Below the pieces are notes generated by a model. It was not told the DNA's origin, did not search any database, and saw only the letters and a program-made list of their open reading frames with translations. A DNA stretch of 64,000 nt, taken from contig OZ251539.1 of the NCBI GenBank assembly GCA_965243135.1, positions 2,240,001 to 2,304,000 on the forward strand, given 5' to 3'. Position numbers and translations under genes: made by a program. Positions 31,966-42,649 of the stretch are shown piece by piece. The stretch's first letter is position 1, and each line of letters begins with the position of its first letter. The stretch is from Alphaproteobacteria bacterium (GTDB taxonomy: Bacteria; Pseudomonadota; Alphaproteobacteria; MPNO01; UBA830).

Positions 31966-32417
31966 GTTCGACGCTTCCGCGGTTCCGTCAGCAGGCACCG
32001 CAGCGCCGTAAGCACCCGGCGCGGGTTCTTTCGGTGAATCGCCATCCCGAGCCAGTAGGCCGCTTCCTCGCGCCCCATGGCTTCGATGCCTTCCGACACT
32101 GCCCGCATGTTGTCTCGGCTGCGCATCGGAGCCAACGCGCGGAACAGCAGTCCCAGCGTCAACGCCAGATCCTCGTCCACCTCCCGTCTCCCGGCGCCGT
32201 GCCCGACGCCCAATCGCGAAAGCCGCCGCAGCACGCGGTGCTCGATCAGTTCGAGGTTGCGGCCACGGAGCCCCGCGATCCGCAGAGCCGTTTTGACCTG
32301 CGGCGTCGCGGGCGTCGGCATCTGCCAGATCTCGTACTCGGCGGCCGCCGGCCCGTGGCGGCGAACCCGCAATTCGTAACGGGGCGCAGGAACCTCTTTC
32401 GCGGCCAGCGCCGTCAT
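31962..32417 (-). CDS. Small conserved-looking partner of the DUF499 ATPase (possibly DUF3780-like)
   Basis: ATGA overlaps at both ends. EDLALTLGLLFRALAP...MGREEAAYWLGM...RVLTALRCLL. Confidence 0.7.
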   Translation of the reverse strand: MTALAAKEVPAPRYELRVRRHGPAAAEYEIWQMPTPATPQVKTALRIAGLRGRNLELIEHRVLRRLSRLGVGHGAGRREVDEDLALTLGLLFRALAPMRSRDNMRAVSEGIEAMGREEAAYWLGMAIHRKNPRRVLTALRCLLTEPRKRRT

Positions 32418-35389
32418 TTGCTGGCCTCCGCCGTCGCCGACACGTAGGCGGCGCCGCTTGCGAACCTGGAGAGCCGCTCGGTGAACTTGTCGGCCGCATC
32501 GCCCTGCATCGACAAACCGTCTCCGAAGGCCAATTCGAACCCCGCTTCGAGGTTTCCGGAACTCGCATCGCGCAATTGCGGTTCGAGAAACTCTCGAACC
32601 GGCTGCGCGTCCTCCACGGATCCTTGGAATTCCAGTTCGAAGGAGCCGCCGTCTCGCGTTTCGTAGCCACCTTTCAGTGTTACTTTCTTTTCCGCGCCCG
32701 CTACGGTGCGCACCGCGGGCAATAGAGGAAAGGCGTCGCCCGCCTCGAACATCCGAATCGAGACCGAACCGACCGCCTCGACCTTCGCGGCGCGAGCCTG
32801 CTCCCACAATTTCAGCAACGCCTCCCTCAGAAGGCCCTCGGCCGCGAACGAATGCGCTGCCGAAGAGTCGCCGCCGCTGTCTTTGCCGCTGCCGGCGGAC
32901 GGCTCTGGCGGAGTCGGCGGAGAATCACCTATTGGACCGCTTGCCTCCTGGCGGGGCCAAATGCGGGCCTCGCGGGCATGCGCCATCGTGAAGATCACGG
33001 ACTGCTCGTCGATGACGATCGAAGCAGACGGATCCCCGGGCCCGTACACGAGGTCGCCCCGGCGATACACGTAATCCCCCTGTTCCACGCCTCTCCTGAC
33101 CCCGCGAACGAATATGTCGTCGCCGATCAGAACCGGCAACGCCGGGTCGCGCCGGAACTCGGCGCGCAGCGCCAACGCCGTCATCTCGCCTTTCCGGAGC
33201 GGCGTCCGGTCGCGCACGTAGGCAGGCGAATCGGGTTCGTCCTCGGACAACCGCAACTTCCCGAGATCGCGCAGCGCCCGCACGACCTGTCGCTGCCCGG
33301 CCCCTGGTTGGTCCGAAGCCGAATGCATGTCGATCGCCGAGTGTTCCAGATCGCCCTTCCCGGCGCGCGACGGATAGAACAAATGCCGGTAGCATTGCTG
33401 AATCGCGATCGCGAGCTCATGCTCTGACCGCGCTTCCATTTCCCGCACTTGCGCCTGCTGATACTCGGCCAGATCGGCGAGTCGTTCGGGTTTCTTCAAC
33501 TCCCGCAGCGCCAGACGATGCCGTGTCTTGCGCCGCATGTCGTCCTTGCGCGCCTCGTCGGCTACCGAAAACACCAGATTGTTGCGCAACGCTCTCAGGG
33601 CGGACCCTTCGGAGCCCTTGCGGGAATGGATGCGCTGGACGAGATCCGGAACGCTCTCGACGGAACCGCCGATCGTTACGCCATCGTAGGACAGCACCAC
33701 CAGATTCGGCCGCCCGTCGCCGACCTCGTCGGGAACGTCGAACGGCCCGCCGGGGAACGCCACCGTTTCGAAAGTCGGCCCTTTGAATATCTCGCGAATC
33801 CGGTCGTTGAGTTCGGCCCGGGCGTCTCCCGCATCTACATGCTCTTCTTCCCGCCGGACGATCTGGCGCAGATTGGCCTCCGCCAGAAAGCGCATCGGTA
33901 CGCCCGGCCTGTCGTCCAGATAAGCCGATTCGGCGAGGAACTTCTTCCGCGCTTCCTCGATGAAGCTGACATCCGTTGCCGGACCGAGCATCGAATAGCG
34001 CAACTGATCCGGCGACAGCCCTATGAGCCGTTCGTTGAAGGCAAGCGTGTGCATGAAGACGGTGCGGGCCGCATAGACCGTGTAGGGCGGCAAGCCGCCA
34101 TGGTGCTCCGCGTCGATCTCTTCGGCGAGCGCTTTCTTTTCTCCCGAGCCGGCGATGTCGCTGCCGATCGCCGGCGTATAGGCTCCTTGTTCGAGACGGG
34201 TGACGACCTCCTGGCGGATCGGCTCGTGACCGGGGTCGATGTGGTGAAGATGAATCGCTGTCGCGTCCGCCGGCCTTTCCTCCCACAGATGCGCGATTGT
34301 CCGGGCCAGCAGCCGCAGCATCCCCCGTACCCTTTGAAAACTTCCGAGAGTCGCTGTCTTGTCGGTCAGGGTTTTGAGCACTTCGGGATGAAAAGGGTAG
34401 CTCTTCCCGAACGTATCCGCGGTCTCGGGGAGGGAAGCGCTGTCCGGCAACGCTTCCCGGTTTGCCGCCCACAACGACCGATAGGTGCCGACGACCGAGC
34501 CGCTGTCGCCGATGGATTCGAACAGGCGGCGGCGAAGCACCTGCACCATTTCGTCGTCCTCGGTGGGATTCAACAGCGTCGCCTTGCGCGCCGAAACGCT
34601 TTTCGCCTGCTCCATCCTGTCGGCGATGATCTGGTTCTCCGCGCTGTAAGCGTCCGTCGCCACCCCGTCCTTGCCGATCGCCAGGGTGTAGACCAGAGCC
34701 GCGCCGGGCGCGCTTTCGACCGCCTTGATCAGTCCCGTCAGAAACGCCGTCAGCTGTTCGCCCTCGGCCAATTTGCTCGTCTTCCGCAAATAGACCGAAA
34801 GCTCGTCCAGCAGAATCAGGGTCGGTTCGCCGCCGAACAGCTCCCGCAACGTCTCCGCGCCGGGAGCGATCCGTTTCTCGTCGCTCTCGCGAACCCGTTC
34901 GTAACCTTGATTGCCGCCAAGCGCCCAGGCGATCTCCCCCCAAGGCGTGTACGCCTTCACGTCGTCGCTCATCTTCCGGCCGTTGGCCGGATCCGCGTTC
35001 TCGCCGTCGAAGGCCGCTATGCGGACGTTGCCCTTCGGCGCCAGCGACGGGTCGATGAACTCCTCGACGTTCGATACGCCGGCCATGCCGCCGGCGGCGT
35101 GCGCCAGCGCGATCAGTCCGTGCGTCTTGCCGCCGCCGTATGAAGTGTCGAGCCGGAAGACCGCCGCCGCCTCGCCCCCGGCGCCCGTTAATCGGCGGCA
35201 CACGTTGACAAGCACGTTGCGCAGACCTTGCGTGGGAAAGGTGTTGGCGAAGAAACGAACCGGGTCGACGTAGTCCGCGCTTCCCTTGCCGGTCAGCACC
35301 TGCGCGAGGTCGGCCGCGAAGTCCGCCTCCGCGATGCTTCCCGCCAGAACGTCCGCTCGCGGGCGGCAGGTCTCGAATATCGTCGTCAT
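32414..35389 (-). CDS. DUF499 (BrxC-related) AAA+ ATPase
   Basis: ADFAADL, FFANTFPT, TSYGGGKTH, LILLDEL, SYPFHPE and FQRVRGMLR. Confidence 0.88.
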   Translation of the reverse strand: MTTIFETCRPRADVLAGSIAEADFAADLAQVLTGKGSADYVDPVRFFANTFPTQGLRNVLVNVCRRLTGAGGEAAAVFRLDTSYGGGKTHGLIALAHAAGGMAGVSNVEEFIDPSLAPKGNVRIAAFDGENADPANGRKMSDDVKAYTPWGEIAWALGGNQGYERVRESDEKRIAPGAETLRELFGGEPTLILLDELSVYLRKTSKLAEGEQLTAFLTGLIKAVESAPGAALVYTLAIGKDGVATDAYSAENQIIADRMEQAKSVSARKATLLNPTEDDEMVQVLRRRLFESIGDSGSVVGTYRSLWAANREALPDSASLPETADTFGKSYPFHPEVLKTLTDKTATLGSFQRVRGMLRLLARTIAHLWEERPADATAIHLHHIDPGHEPIRQEVVTRLEQGAYTPAIGSDIAGSGEKKALAEEIDAEHHGGLPPYTVYAARTVFMHTLAFNERLIGLSPDQLRYSMLGPATDVSFIEEARKKFLAESAYLDDRPGVPMRFLAEANLRQIVRREEEHVDAGDARAELNDRIREIFKGPTFETVAFPGGPFDVPDEVGDGRPNLVVLSYDGVTIGGSVESVPDLVQRIHSRKGSEGSALRALRNNLVFSVADEARKDDMRRKTRHRLALRELKKPERLADLAEYQQAQVREMEARSEHELAIAIQQCYRHLFYPSRAGKGDLEHSAIDMHSASDQPGAGQRQVVRALRDLGKLRLSEDEPDSPAYVRDRTPLRKGEMTALALRAEFRRDPALPVLIGDDIFVRGVRRGVEQGDYVYRRGDLVYGPGDPSASIVIDEQSVIFTMAHAREARIWPRQEASGPIGDSPPTPPEPSAGSGKDSGGDSSAAHSFAAEGLLREALLKLWEQARAAKVEAVGSVSIRMFEAGDAFPLLPAVRTVAGAEKKVTLKGGYETRDGGSFELEFQGSVEDAQPVREFLEPQLRDASSGNLEAGFELAFGDGLSMQGDAADKFTERLSRFASGAAYVSATAEASK

Positions 35390-35735
35390 GCCAACTCCGA
35401 ATTCCGGCAAGCCGTCGGTTCTGCGGCGAAACATTTACCGCATTGCCGGACATCGTGCATCATGCCCCCGAAATCGCCCCGGACGCCTTCGGGTCCCCGC
35501 CGTTATCCGCCGAACCCGCACCGAAGAAACCGCAGCCGGTCGGGCGCCTTCCTCGAACCGTCTCCGTCGCTGTCTCTCCCCTTGCCCGCGCCGCGCCCGA
35601 TCATGCTAAGCTGTCGGCGGCTGCCTCCCTGAATCCGCGTTCCGGTCCATCGCGACCTGACCGGCGCCTAGATGCCTCAGAATGCGGAGGCGGCCGCTCC
35701 AGCGCCTTGCGGGGAGTTTCGCGTTGACCGGCCTG

Positions 35736-38096
35736 ATGAACACCGGACCGTTCGGGCAACCGGTCCGGCGAATCGAGGATCGCACCCTCCTCGCCGGCGC
35801 CGGCCGCTTCGCCGACGACATCCATTTTCCGGACATGCTGCAGGCGGCCTTCGTCCGCAGCCCCTTAGCGCACGCCCGCGTCGGAAAAATCGACGCGGCG
35901 CGGGCCCGCGCCGCGCCCGGCGTGCGCGCAGTCCTCACGATGGCGGAACTCCGGCCGCGCCTGACCGATACCGTCCTTGCCGTCGGAATGCCGAGCAAGG
36001 ACTACCGGCAAACCCGGAACCGCCCGATCCTCGCCGACCGGGAGGTCTGCCACGTCGGCGAAGCGGTCGCGGCCGTCGTTGCCGAAAACCGCTACCTTGC
36101 CGAGGACGCCGCCGCGCTGGTGGAAGTCGATTACGACGCGCTGCCGGCTTCGGTCGATCCTGAAACGGCAGCGCGGCCAGGATCCCCGCTCGCGCACGCG
36201 GATGCCGAGCACAACGTTCTGGCCGAATTCTCCATGGGATACGGCGACGTGGACGGCAGTTTCCGAAAGGCGGCGCATGTCGTCCGGGAAAAGATGTCGA
36301 TCCACAAGGGACTCGGCATGGCGATCGAGGGACGGGGAGTCGTGGCCCGCTACGATTCTCTCGAAGACAGGCTGACGGTGTGGCTCGGAACCCAGATGCC
36401 CCACATGGCGCACCGCATGCTCGTCGCCCTGCTCGGCCGCAGCGAAACCGACACCCGGGTCGTGACCCCCGACATCGGCGGCGGCTTCGGCCCCAAGCTC
36501 GTGTTCTATCCAGAAGACGTCGTGGTCGCGGCGGCGGCGCTGCTGCTGAACGCTCCGGTCAAATGGATCGAAGACAGGCGCGAACACTTCACGGCGTCGA
36601 CGCAGGAACGCGACCAGATCTGGAACATGGAACTCGCGGCGGACGACCGCGGGCGCATTCTCGGCGTTCGCGGCACCATGATCCACGATCACGGCGCCTA
36701 TACCGCGCGCGGCGTCAACGTCGCGCAGAACGCCGGCAGCATCGTGCCGGGCCCCTACGAGGTTCCGAGCTACGCTCTCGACGTCAAGCTGGTGCTGACC
36801 AACAAGCCCTGCGTGACGCCGGTGCGCGGCGCCGGCTACCCGCAGGGCTGCTTCGTCATGGAACGCCTTATGGACAGGGCGGCGGCCGCGCTCGGCCTCG
36901 GCCGCGACGAGATTCGCAGGCGCAACCTGATCCGGCCGGACGACATGCCCTACACCCGCCCTCTGGCGAGCCGCGCCGATCCCGCGATCAGAATCGACGA
37001 AGCGGATTTTCCGAAGTGCCTGGAAACGGCGTTGCGCGAAGCGGGATGGGCGGAGTTTCCCGCCCGTCGGCGCGCGGCCGCGGCCGAGGGCCGCCGCATC
37101 GGCATCGGACTCGCCGCCTACCTCAAGGGTTCCGGCCGGGGGCCCTTCGAAGCGGCGTCCGTGCGGGTGGGGCCGTCCGGCCGCGTTCAGGTCGCGTCGG
37201 GAGCCGCGGCGATCGGCCAGGGCACCCGAACGATGCTGGCCCAGATCGTCGCGCAGGCGCTCGGCGTCGACATGTCGCGGATCGACGTCGCTATCGGCGA
37301 CACCTCGCTGATCCCCTACGGCATGGGAGCGGCATCGAGCCGCCAGGCGGTGACCGCGGGCTCTTCGGCGCGGGCCGCCGCGGAAAAAGTGCGCGACAAG
37401 GCGCTGCGGGTGGCCGCGCACCTCCTCGAAACCGCCGAGGACGATCTCGAAATCGCGGACGGCCGCGTCCACGTCAAAGGCGTGCCGGGGATGTCGATCG
37501 GCCTCGGCGAGATCGCCTCCAGGCTCGCCGGCGCCGCCACGGGCTTCGCGCTGCCGGGCGGGGAAAGCCCCGGCCTCGAAGCGCAGGAAGCGGTCCCGAT
37601 CGAGGGACTCGCGTTCTCGAACGGCGCCCATGCGGCCGTCGTCGAGGTGGACGAAGAGACCGGCGAAATCCGGGTGCTCGACTACGTCGTCGCCCACGAC
37701 TGCGGCGTGATGATCAATCCGCTGGCGATCGACGGCCAGATCGCCGGCGGCGCGGCGCACGGAATCGGCTTCGCCATGTTCGAGAAAATGGTCTGGGACG
37801 ACCAGGCGCAGCCGCAATCCACCAATCTCGCGGAGTACCTGGTGCCGGGCTCCGTCGAAGTGCCGAAAGTGACGATCGAGCACATCGTCGTGCCGTCTTC
37901 GCAAAATCCGCTCGGCGTCAAGGGCGTCGGCGAAAGCGGCCTCGTTCCCGTGCCGGCCGCCATCGCGTCGGCCGTGGAAGACGCGCTGTCCGAATACGGT
38001 GTGCGCGTCTCCGGAATACCGCTCGCGCCGTCCGACCTGCTTGGGTTGATTCGGAATTGCCGGTCGGGGGATAATGAGGGCCCGCGCACTACCTGA
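35736..38096 (+). CDS. Xanthine dehydrogenase-family molybdopterin-binding large subunit
   Basis: GQPVRRIED, VRSPLAHA, IGGGFGPK, VRGAGYPQ, HDCG..INP..IDGQ and KGVGE. Confidence 0.92.
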   Translation: MNTGPFGQPVRRIEDRTLLAGAGRFADDIHFPDMLQAAFVRSPLAHARVGKIDAARARAAPGVRAVLTMAELRPRLTDTVLAVGMPSKDYRQTRNRPILADREVCHVGEAVAAVVAENRYLAEDAAALVEVDYDALPASVDPETAARPGSPLAHADAEHNVLAEFSMGYGDVDGSFRKAAHVVREKMSIHKGLGMAIEGRGVVARYDSLEDRLTVWLGTQMPHMAHRMLVALLGRSETDTRVVTPDIGGGFGPKLVFYPEDVVVAAAALLLNAPVKWIEDRREHFTASTQERDQIWNMELAADDRGRILGVRGTMIHDHGAYTARGVNVAQNAGSIVPGPYEVPSYALDVKLVLTNKPCVTPVRGAGYPQGCFVMERLMDRAAAALGLGRDEIRRRNLIRPDDMPYTRPLASRADPAIRIDEADFPKCLETALREAGWAEFPARRRAAAAEGRRIGIGLAAYLKGSGRGPFEAASVRVGPSGRVQVASGAAAIGQGTRTMLAQIVAQALGVDMSRIDVAIGDTSLIPYGMGAASSRQAVTAGSSARAAAEKVRDKALRVAAHLLETAEDDLEIADGRVHVKGVPGMSIGLGEIASRLAGAATGFALPGGESPGLEAQEAVPIEGLAFSNGAHAAVVEVDEETGEIRVLDYVVAHDCGVMINPLAIDGQIAGGAAHGIGFAMFEKMVWDDQAQPQSTNLAEYLVPGSVEVPKVTIEHIVVPSSQNPLGVKGVGESGLVPVPAAIASAVEDALSEYGVRVSGIPLAPSDLLGLIRNCRSGDNEGPRTT

Positions 38097-38098
38097 CG

Positions 38099-39067
38099 GT
38101 GATGGACATGGCCAAGGACTACGCACCTGCCGGCGTGATTCCGGCAACCCTCGCCGCCTTCGATTCGGATTTCGCTTTCGACTGGAAGGAGACGCGCCGC
38201 CATCTCGCCTTCGTCGCGAGCGTGGATGGCGTCGACGCCGTCGCCGTAAACGGACACGCCTCGGAAGTGCACGCCTGCACGTTCGACGAGCAGGCCCGCA
38301 TGATGGACGAAGCCGCGGACGAAATCGGCGACCGGCTGCCGCTGATCTGCGGAGTCTACGCGGACGGCAGTCTGGAAGCGGCGCGCATCGCGAGGATGGC
38401 CGAAGCGCACGGCGCGTCGGCGTTGCTGTGTTTCCCGCCCCACTCGCTCGGCATGGGCGGCATTCGCCATCGCCCCGAAATGGGGGTCGCACACATGAAG
38501 GCGATCGCGGACGCCACCGACCTCCCGCTGATCGTGTTCCAGTACGCGAACGAACTCGCCTACCCGCTGGATGCGTTGGTGCGCATCTGCGAAGAAGTGC
38601 CGAGCGTCAAGGCGATCAAGGACTGGTCGCCGCCTCAGGTTCATGATCGCCACATCAAGACGCTGCACGGCCTGACCCGGCGCGTGAGCGTCCTGTCGAC
38701 GAACTCGGCCTGGCTGATGTCCTCGCTCGTCATGGGCGCGGACGGTTTGCTGTCGGGGGCGGGCTCGGTTATCGCCGACCTGCAGGTCGCATTGTTCCGG
38801 GCGGTGCGGGCGAAGGATCTCGCGGCCGCGCAGCGCACGGCGGACCGCATCTACCACACGACGCAAGTCTTCTATTGCGATCCGTTCGGCGACATGCACA
38901 ACCGCATGAAGGAAGCGCTGGTCGCGATGGGACGCCTCGACGGGCCGGCCGTCGTGCGGCCGCCGCTGATGAAACTCGACGTTTACGAAAGGGCGCGAAT
39001 CGCCAAGGCCATGACGGATGCCGGAATTACGCGGCACGGAGCCGCGCCGGCCCTGGCCGCCGAATAG
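38099..39067 (+). CDS. Dihydrodipicolinate synthase-family aldolase/lyase
   Basis: GVIPAT, VNGHASE, ADATDLPLIVFQY, AIKDW and VRPPL. Confidence 0.88.
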   Translation: MMDMAKDYAPAGVIPATLAAFDSDFAFDWKETRRHLAFVASVDGVDAVAVNGHASEVHACTFDEQARMMDEAADEIGDRLPLICGVYADGSLEAARIARMAEAHGASALLCFPPHSLGMGGIRHRPEMGVAHMKAIADATDLPLIVFQYANELAYPLDALVRICEEVPSVKAIKDWSPPQVHDRHIKTLHGLTRRVSVLSTNSAWLMSSLVMGADGLLSGAGSVIADLQVALFRAVRAKDLAAAQRTADRIYHTTQVFYCDPFGDMHNRMKEALVAMGRLDGPAVVRPPLMKLDVYERARIAKAMTDAGITRHGAAPALAAE

Positions 39068-39371
39068 GGCGGCGCGGGAACGCGCACGCAAAGGAGCGCT
39101 TCGCGGACGTTCGCCGTTCCCGGCGTTTCCCGGACGCACGGGCAGAAGGCCTGGACCGGCCGAACGGCGCGGTTCCAGCAAAGCTTGTCCACACCGCGCC
39201 GCCGCTCGACCGTCGTTGCGGTTCACGCTGCGTTCGTCTTCCTTACGTCCGGGAAAGGAGCCGAACGGGCCGCCTGCCCTGCCCGCTCGTTCTCCTCCGG
39301 CCGACGGTTCCGCGCCTCGCAAGACGGACGCCAAATTGCATGCGGGACGCGCACGGACCGCTCGCCGCCCG

Positions 39372-40244
39372 TCATTCCTCGCGGCCGCCCAGAAACGCCT
39401 CCATCCAGTTGCGGTAACGCGCGTCCTTCGTGAGGCGTTTCAACGCCTCGGGCGAAACCGTTCCCTCGACCTCCGAAGGAGGGCTTCCGCCGCGCAACGC
39501 GCCGAGCGCATCGCGCGTCGCCTGCATCGCCGCCATGAAAGGCAGGTGTCCCTGCAAGCTGATCCTGACGCCGTTGGCCGCAAGATACTCGAGATCGCCC
39601 AAAACGCCTTCGCCCGAACCGCCGAGAAATACGGGAACGTCGATTTCGGTTCGCAACGCTTCGATCTCTTCCGCCGCCCGTACGCCGGTGAAGAAGACCG
39701 CATCGACCCCCGCCGCCCGATACGCCTTTCCTCGCGCCACCGCGTCGCCCAGTCCTCCCACGGCGGCGTTGGTGCGGCCGGCGATCACGAGTGACGGATC
39801 CCGGCGGCCCGACAACGCCGCCCGCATCTTTCCCACGCTCTCTTCGACGGACAGAAGCCGGGCGCCGCCCACCGTCCCGTACGGCTGCGGCAGATCGGTA
39901 TCTTCGATCGTAAGGGCGGCGACGCCCGCGTTTTCCAGTTCTTCCACGGTGCGCATCACGTTGAGCGCGTTGCCGTAACCGTGGTCGGCGTCGACGAGCA
40001 AGGGCATTTCGACGGCGCGGTTGATGCGGAGGGTCTGGTCCGCGAATTCCGTCAACGTAAGCAGGATCAAGTCCGGCGTGCCGAGCACCGCCATCGACGC
40101 CACGGAGCCCGCGAACATGCCGGTTTCGAAGCCCAGCTCTTCGGCGATTCGCGCCGAAAGCGGATCCCATACCGATCCCGGGTGAACGCAGCGCTCCTCC
40201 TCCAGGATCGCCCGAAAGGCCTCGCGGCGGCCTGCCCAGCGCAT
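39372..40244 (-). CDS. Isocitrate lyase/PEP mutase-family protein, oxaloacetate decarboxylase-like
   Basis: SVWDPLSARIA, VDADHGYGNALNVMRTV, TIEDT and IAGRT. Confidence 0.88.
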   Translation of the reverse strand: MRWAGRREAFRAILEEERCVHPGSVWDPLSARIAEELGFETGMFAGSVASMAVLGTPDLILLTLTEFADQTLRINRAVEMPLLVDADHGYGNALNVMRTVEELENAGVAALTIEDTDLPQPYGTVGGARLLSVEESVGKMRAALSGRRDPSLVIAGRTNAAVGGLGDAVARGKAYRAAGVDAVFFTGVRAAEEIEALRTEIDVPVFLGGSGEGVLGDLEYLAANGVRISLQGHLPFMAAMQATRDALGALRGGSPPSEVEGTVSPEALKRLTKDARYRNWMEAFLGGREE

Positions 40245-40884
40245 ACGAACCTCCTTTGCGGCAAGCGGACGGCAACTTCAGACAAGCGAAACATACCCCA
40301 GACGCGTCTTCGACGCCTTGCTCCCCGGCATTTCGTTAAACCGGCAAGTTAACGAACGCTTGGAGAATCGCGCCGCCGCAGCCCGCAAGCGTCGCGCGGC
40401 CTCCCCGACGCTCGGCGAGTCGGACGGCTTGACGTCCGCGCGCCGGAAAACCTGGCAACCGCACTCTGCGTTCGGTTGCGGACGATCCCGGTTTCGGTCA
40501 GCGCATTGCAGCAAATCGGCGCTCGCTCCGAGACTCTTGCGCCGTACGTCCTGAAATCATGTTTCAGGAGCGCGGAATTTTCTTGCTCGGGTGCGGAAAA
40601 CTGCGAATCCTCCACGCCGAGAACGCCGTTTTCGCAGTCTAAAGCCGCTCCGCGACCGCATGTCCGCGCGCGGCCCGGTTTGCCCCGAATTCGCCGCGTG
40701 GCACGGGAGCGACAGTCCGTTTTCGTTCCTCAGTCGCCCGCCTGCGCGACCCTTGCGGGTCTGTCGGCGGGATCGACGATTCGCGGGGCGTCGAACGGGC
40801 GGCAGCCGACAAAAAATGGCTCAACGAGAACGCCTCCAACCCCTCCTCCTTGACGGCTCCGGCGCGGCAGCCTACTCTCTTCGG

Positions 40885-42429
40885 ATGACGAGACGCATGC
40901 TGCCGACCGGCATGACCTCCCTCCGGAAAATCCGGGGGATGGATTGCTACTACGTCGACAAGACGGATCATGTGCGCCGTCTCGTCGAGGGAGGTCAATA
41001 TTATTTTCTGTCGCGCCCGCGCCGGTTCGGCAAGACCCTGCTGGTGGACACGCTGCAGAAGTTATTCGAGGGCTGCGAGGAGTTGTTCCGGGGCCTCGCC
41101 GTGCACGGCAAATGGGACTGGTCGGCGCAGCATCCGGTCGTGCGGATCAGCTTCGGCGGCGGCAATTTCGACTCCCCGGACCTCATTCGGGGCAACGTGG
41201 AAGACCAGTTGGAGGAAACGGAGCGGCTGGCCGGCCTCGAACCGGGATCTGCCGAGGCGGCAGTCCGTTTCCGGCGCCTGATAAGGACGCTGCACGAGCG
41301 CACCGGACAGCGGGCGGTCGTTCTGGTGGACGAATACGACAAGCCGATCCTGGACGCGCTCGGCGACCGGGAACTCGCGCGGGCCAACCGCGATTTCCTG
41401 CGCGGCTTCTACGCGATGATCAAGGAGTGCGACGAGCATCTCCGTTTCGTTTTCCTGACGGGAGTGAGCAAGTTCTCGCGAGCGGGCATTTTCTCGGGTC
41501 TGAACAACCTGATCGACATCACGCTGGAGCCGGAGTTCTCGGACATTTGCGGCTACACGGACGCGGAACTGGACACGGTCTTCGCCCCGGAACTCGAGGG
41601 TCTGGACCGGGACGAGATCCGCCGCTGGTACAACGGCTACAACTGGCGCGGGCCGGAGAAGGTCTACAATCCGTTCGACGTTCTCCTCCTCTTCAGAATG
41701 CGCGAGGTCGGGCCGTACTGGTTCGAGACCGGGACGCCGACTTTCCTTGTCGACCTTCTGTCGCGGCGCCGGGTCGCGACGCCGGCCCTGGAGGGCATGT
41801 TCGCGGACGACGCGCTGCTGTCGGCGATCGACGTCGACCGCATCCCCGTCGAGGCGCTGCTGTTCCAAACCGGCTACCTGACCATCGTCGGCGAAAAGCA
41901 GGATGAGGACGCCCGCCTCTACCAACTGGACTACCCGAACCAGGAGGTGAAGCGCAGCGTGAACGCGCTCCTGCTGGAAGCGATGGCGCCGGACGTCACG
42001 GTCGCGGCGGAGAGCCGGGAGTTGCGCCGCCTGATGCGGGCGAACGACTTCGCGGGCCTCGAGCGACGGTTCCGGGCGTTCCTGGCGAGCATCCCGAACG
42101 AGTGGTACGCGAACACCGGCATGGCGGGCTACGAGGCGCACTACGCGAGCGTGTTCTACTCGCACTTCGTGGCGGCGGGGATGGACGTCCGCGCGGAGGA
42201 GAGCACGGCGCGCGGCCGCTCGGACCTCGTGGTCCTGTACGATGGCGGCGTCTACCTGTTCGAGTTCAAGGTCGCGGACGGGAAGCCGGAAGGCCGGGCG
42301 CTGGCGCAGATACGGGAACGCGGCTACGCGGACAAGTACCGGCGTCCGGGCCAACCTGTCCACTTGATCGGCATCGAGTTCGGCCGGGAGGAGCGCAACA
42401 TCGTCGGGTTCGAGTTCGAGACCGTCTGA
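40885..42429 (+). CDS. AAA-ATPase-like plus C-terminal PD-(D/E)xK nuclease (DUF1703-type) protein
   Basis: YYVDKT, SRPRRFGKTL, LVDEYDKP, YNGYNW, YWFETGTP and GRSDL...FEFK. Confidence 0.9.
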   Translation: MTRRMLPTGMTSLRKIRGMDCYYVDKTDHVRRLVEGGQYYFLSRPRRFGKTLLVDTLQKLFEGCEELFRGLAVHGKWDWSAQHPVVRISFGGGNFDSPDLIRGNVEDQLEETERLAGLEPGSAEAAVRFRRLIRTLHERTGQRAVVLVDEYDKPILDALGDRELARANRDFLRGFYAMIKECDEHLRFVFLTGVSKFSRAGIFSGLNNLIDITLEPEFSDICGYTDAELDTVFAPELEGLDRDEIRRWYNGYNWRGPEKVYNPFDVLLLFRMREVGPYWFETGTPTFLVDLLSRRRVATPALEGMFADDALLSAIDVDRIPVEALLFQTGYLTIVGEKQDEDARLYQLDYPNQEVKRSVNALLLEAMAPDVTVAAESRELRRLMRANDFAGLERRFRAFLASIPNEWYANTGMAGYEAHYASVFYSHFVAAGMDVRAEESTARGRSDLVVLYDGGVYLFEFKVADGKPEGRALAQIRERGYADKYRRPGQPVHLIGIEFGREERNIVGFEFETV

Positions 42430-42572
42430 AGCCGTTCCGTCCGCGCGTTTCGGCAAGCGGAGCCGCCTCCGCGAAAGACCGCCGACCCGAGCTATGGTCG
42501 ACACGAAAACGGCGCAACGCAAACGCCTCGCTCTTGTTTCGCTGACGCAGCAGCGCTATGTTACGGCAACTG

Positions 42573-42649
42573 GCCGGCTTAGCTCAGCTTGGCAGAGCAT
42601 CTGATTTGTAATCAGAGGGTCGGGGGTTCGAATCCCTCAGCCGGCACCA
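42573..42649 (+). tRNA. tRNA-Thr (anticodon TGT)
   Basis: gccggct acceptor stem, tagctcag D-arm, ctgat-tTGTa-atcag anticodon arm, ggttcgaatcc T-arm and encoded CCA. Confidence 0.97.

Noticed and set aside
35736-38096. True CO dehydrogenase coxL
   Set aside because: Lacks the AYxCSFR motif and coxS/coxM neighbours; the same applies to 52188-54536.
35865-38492. Long antisense/shadow ORFs (for example 875 aa here, 17472-19169, 33449-35143)
   Set aside because: They mirror real genes on the opposite strand because of GC codon bias and show no motifs.
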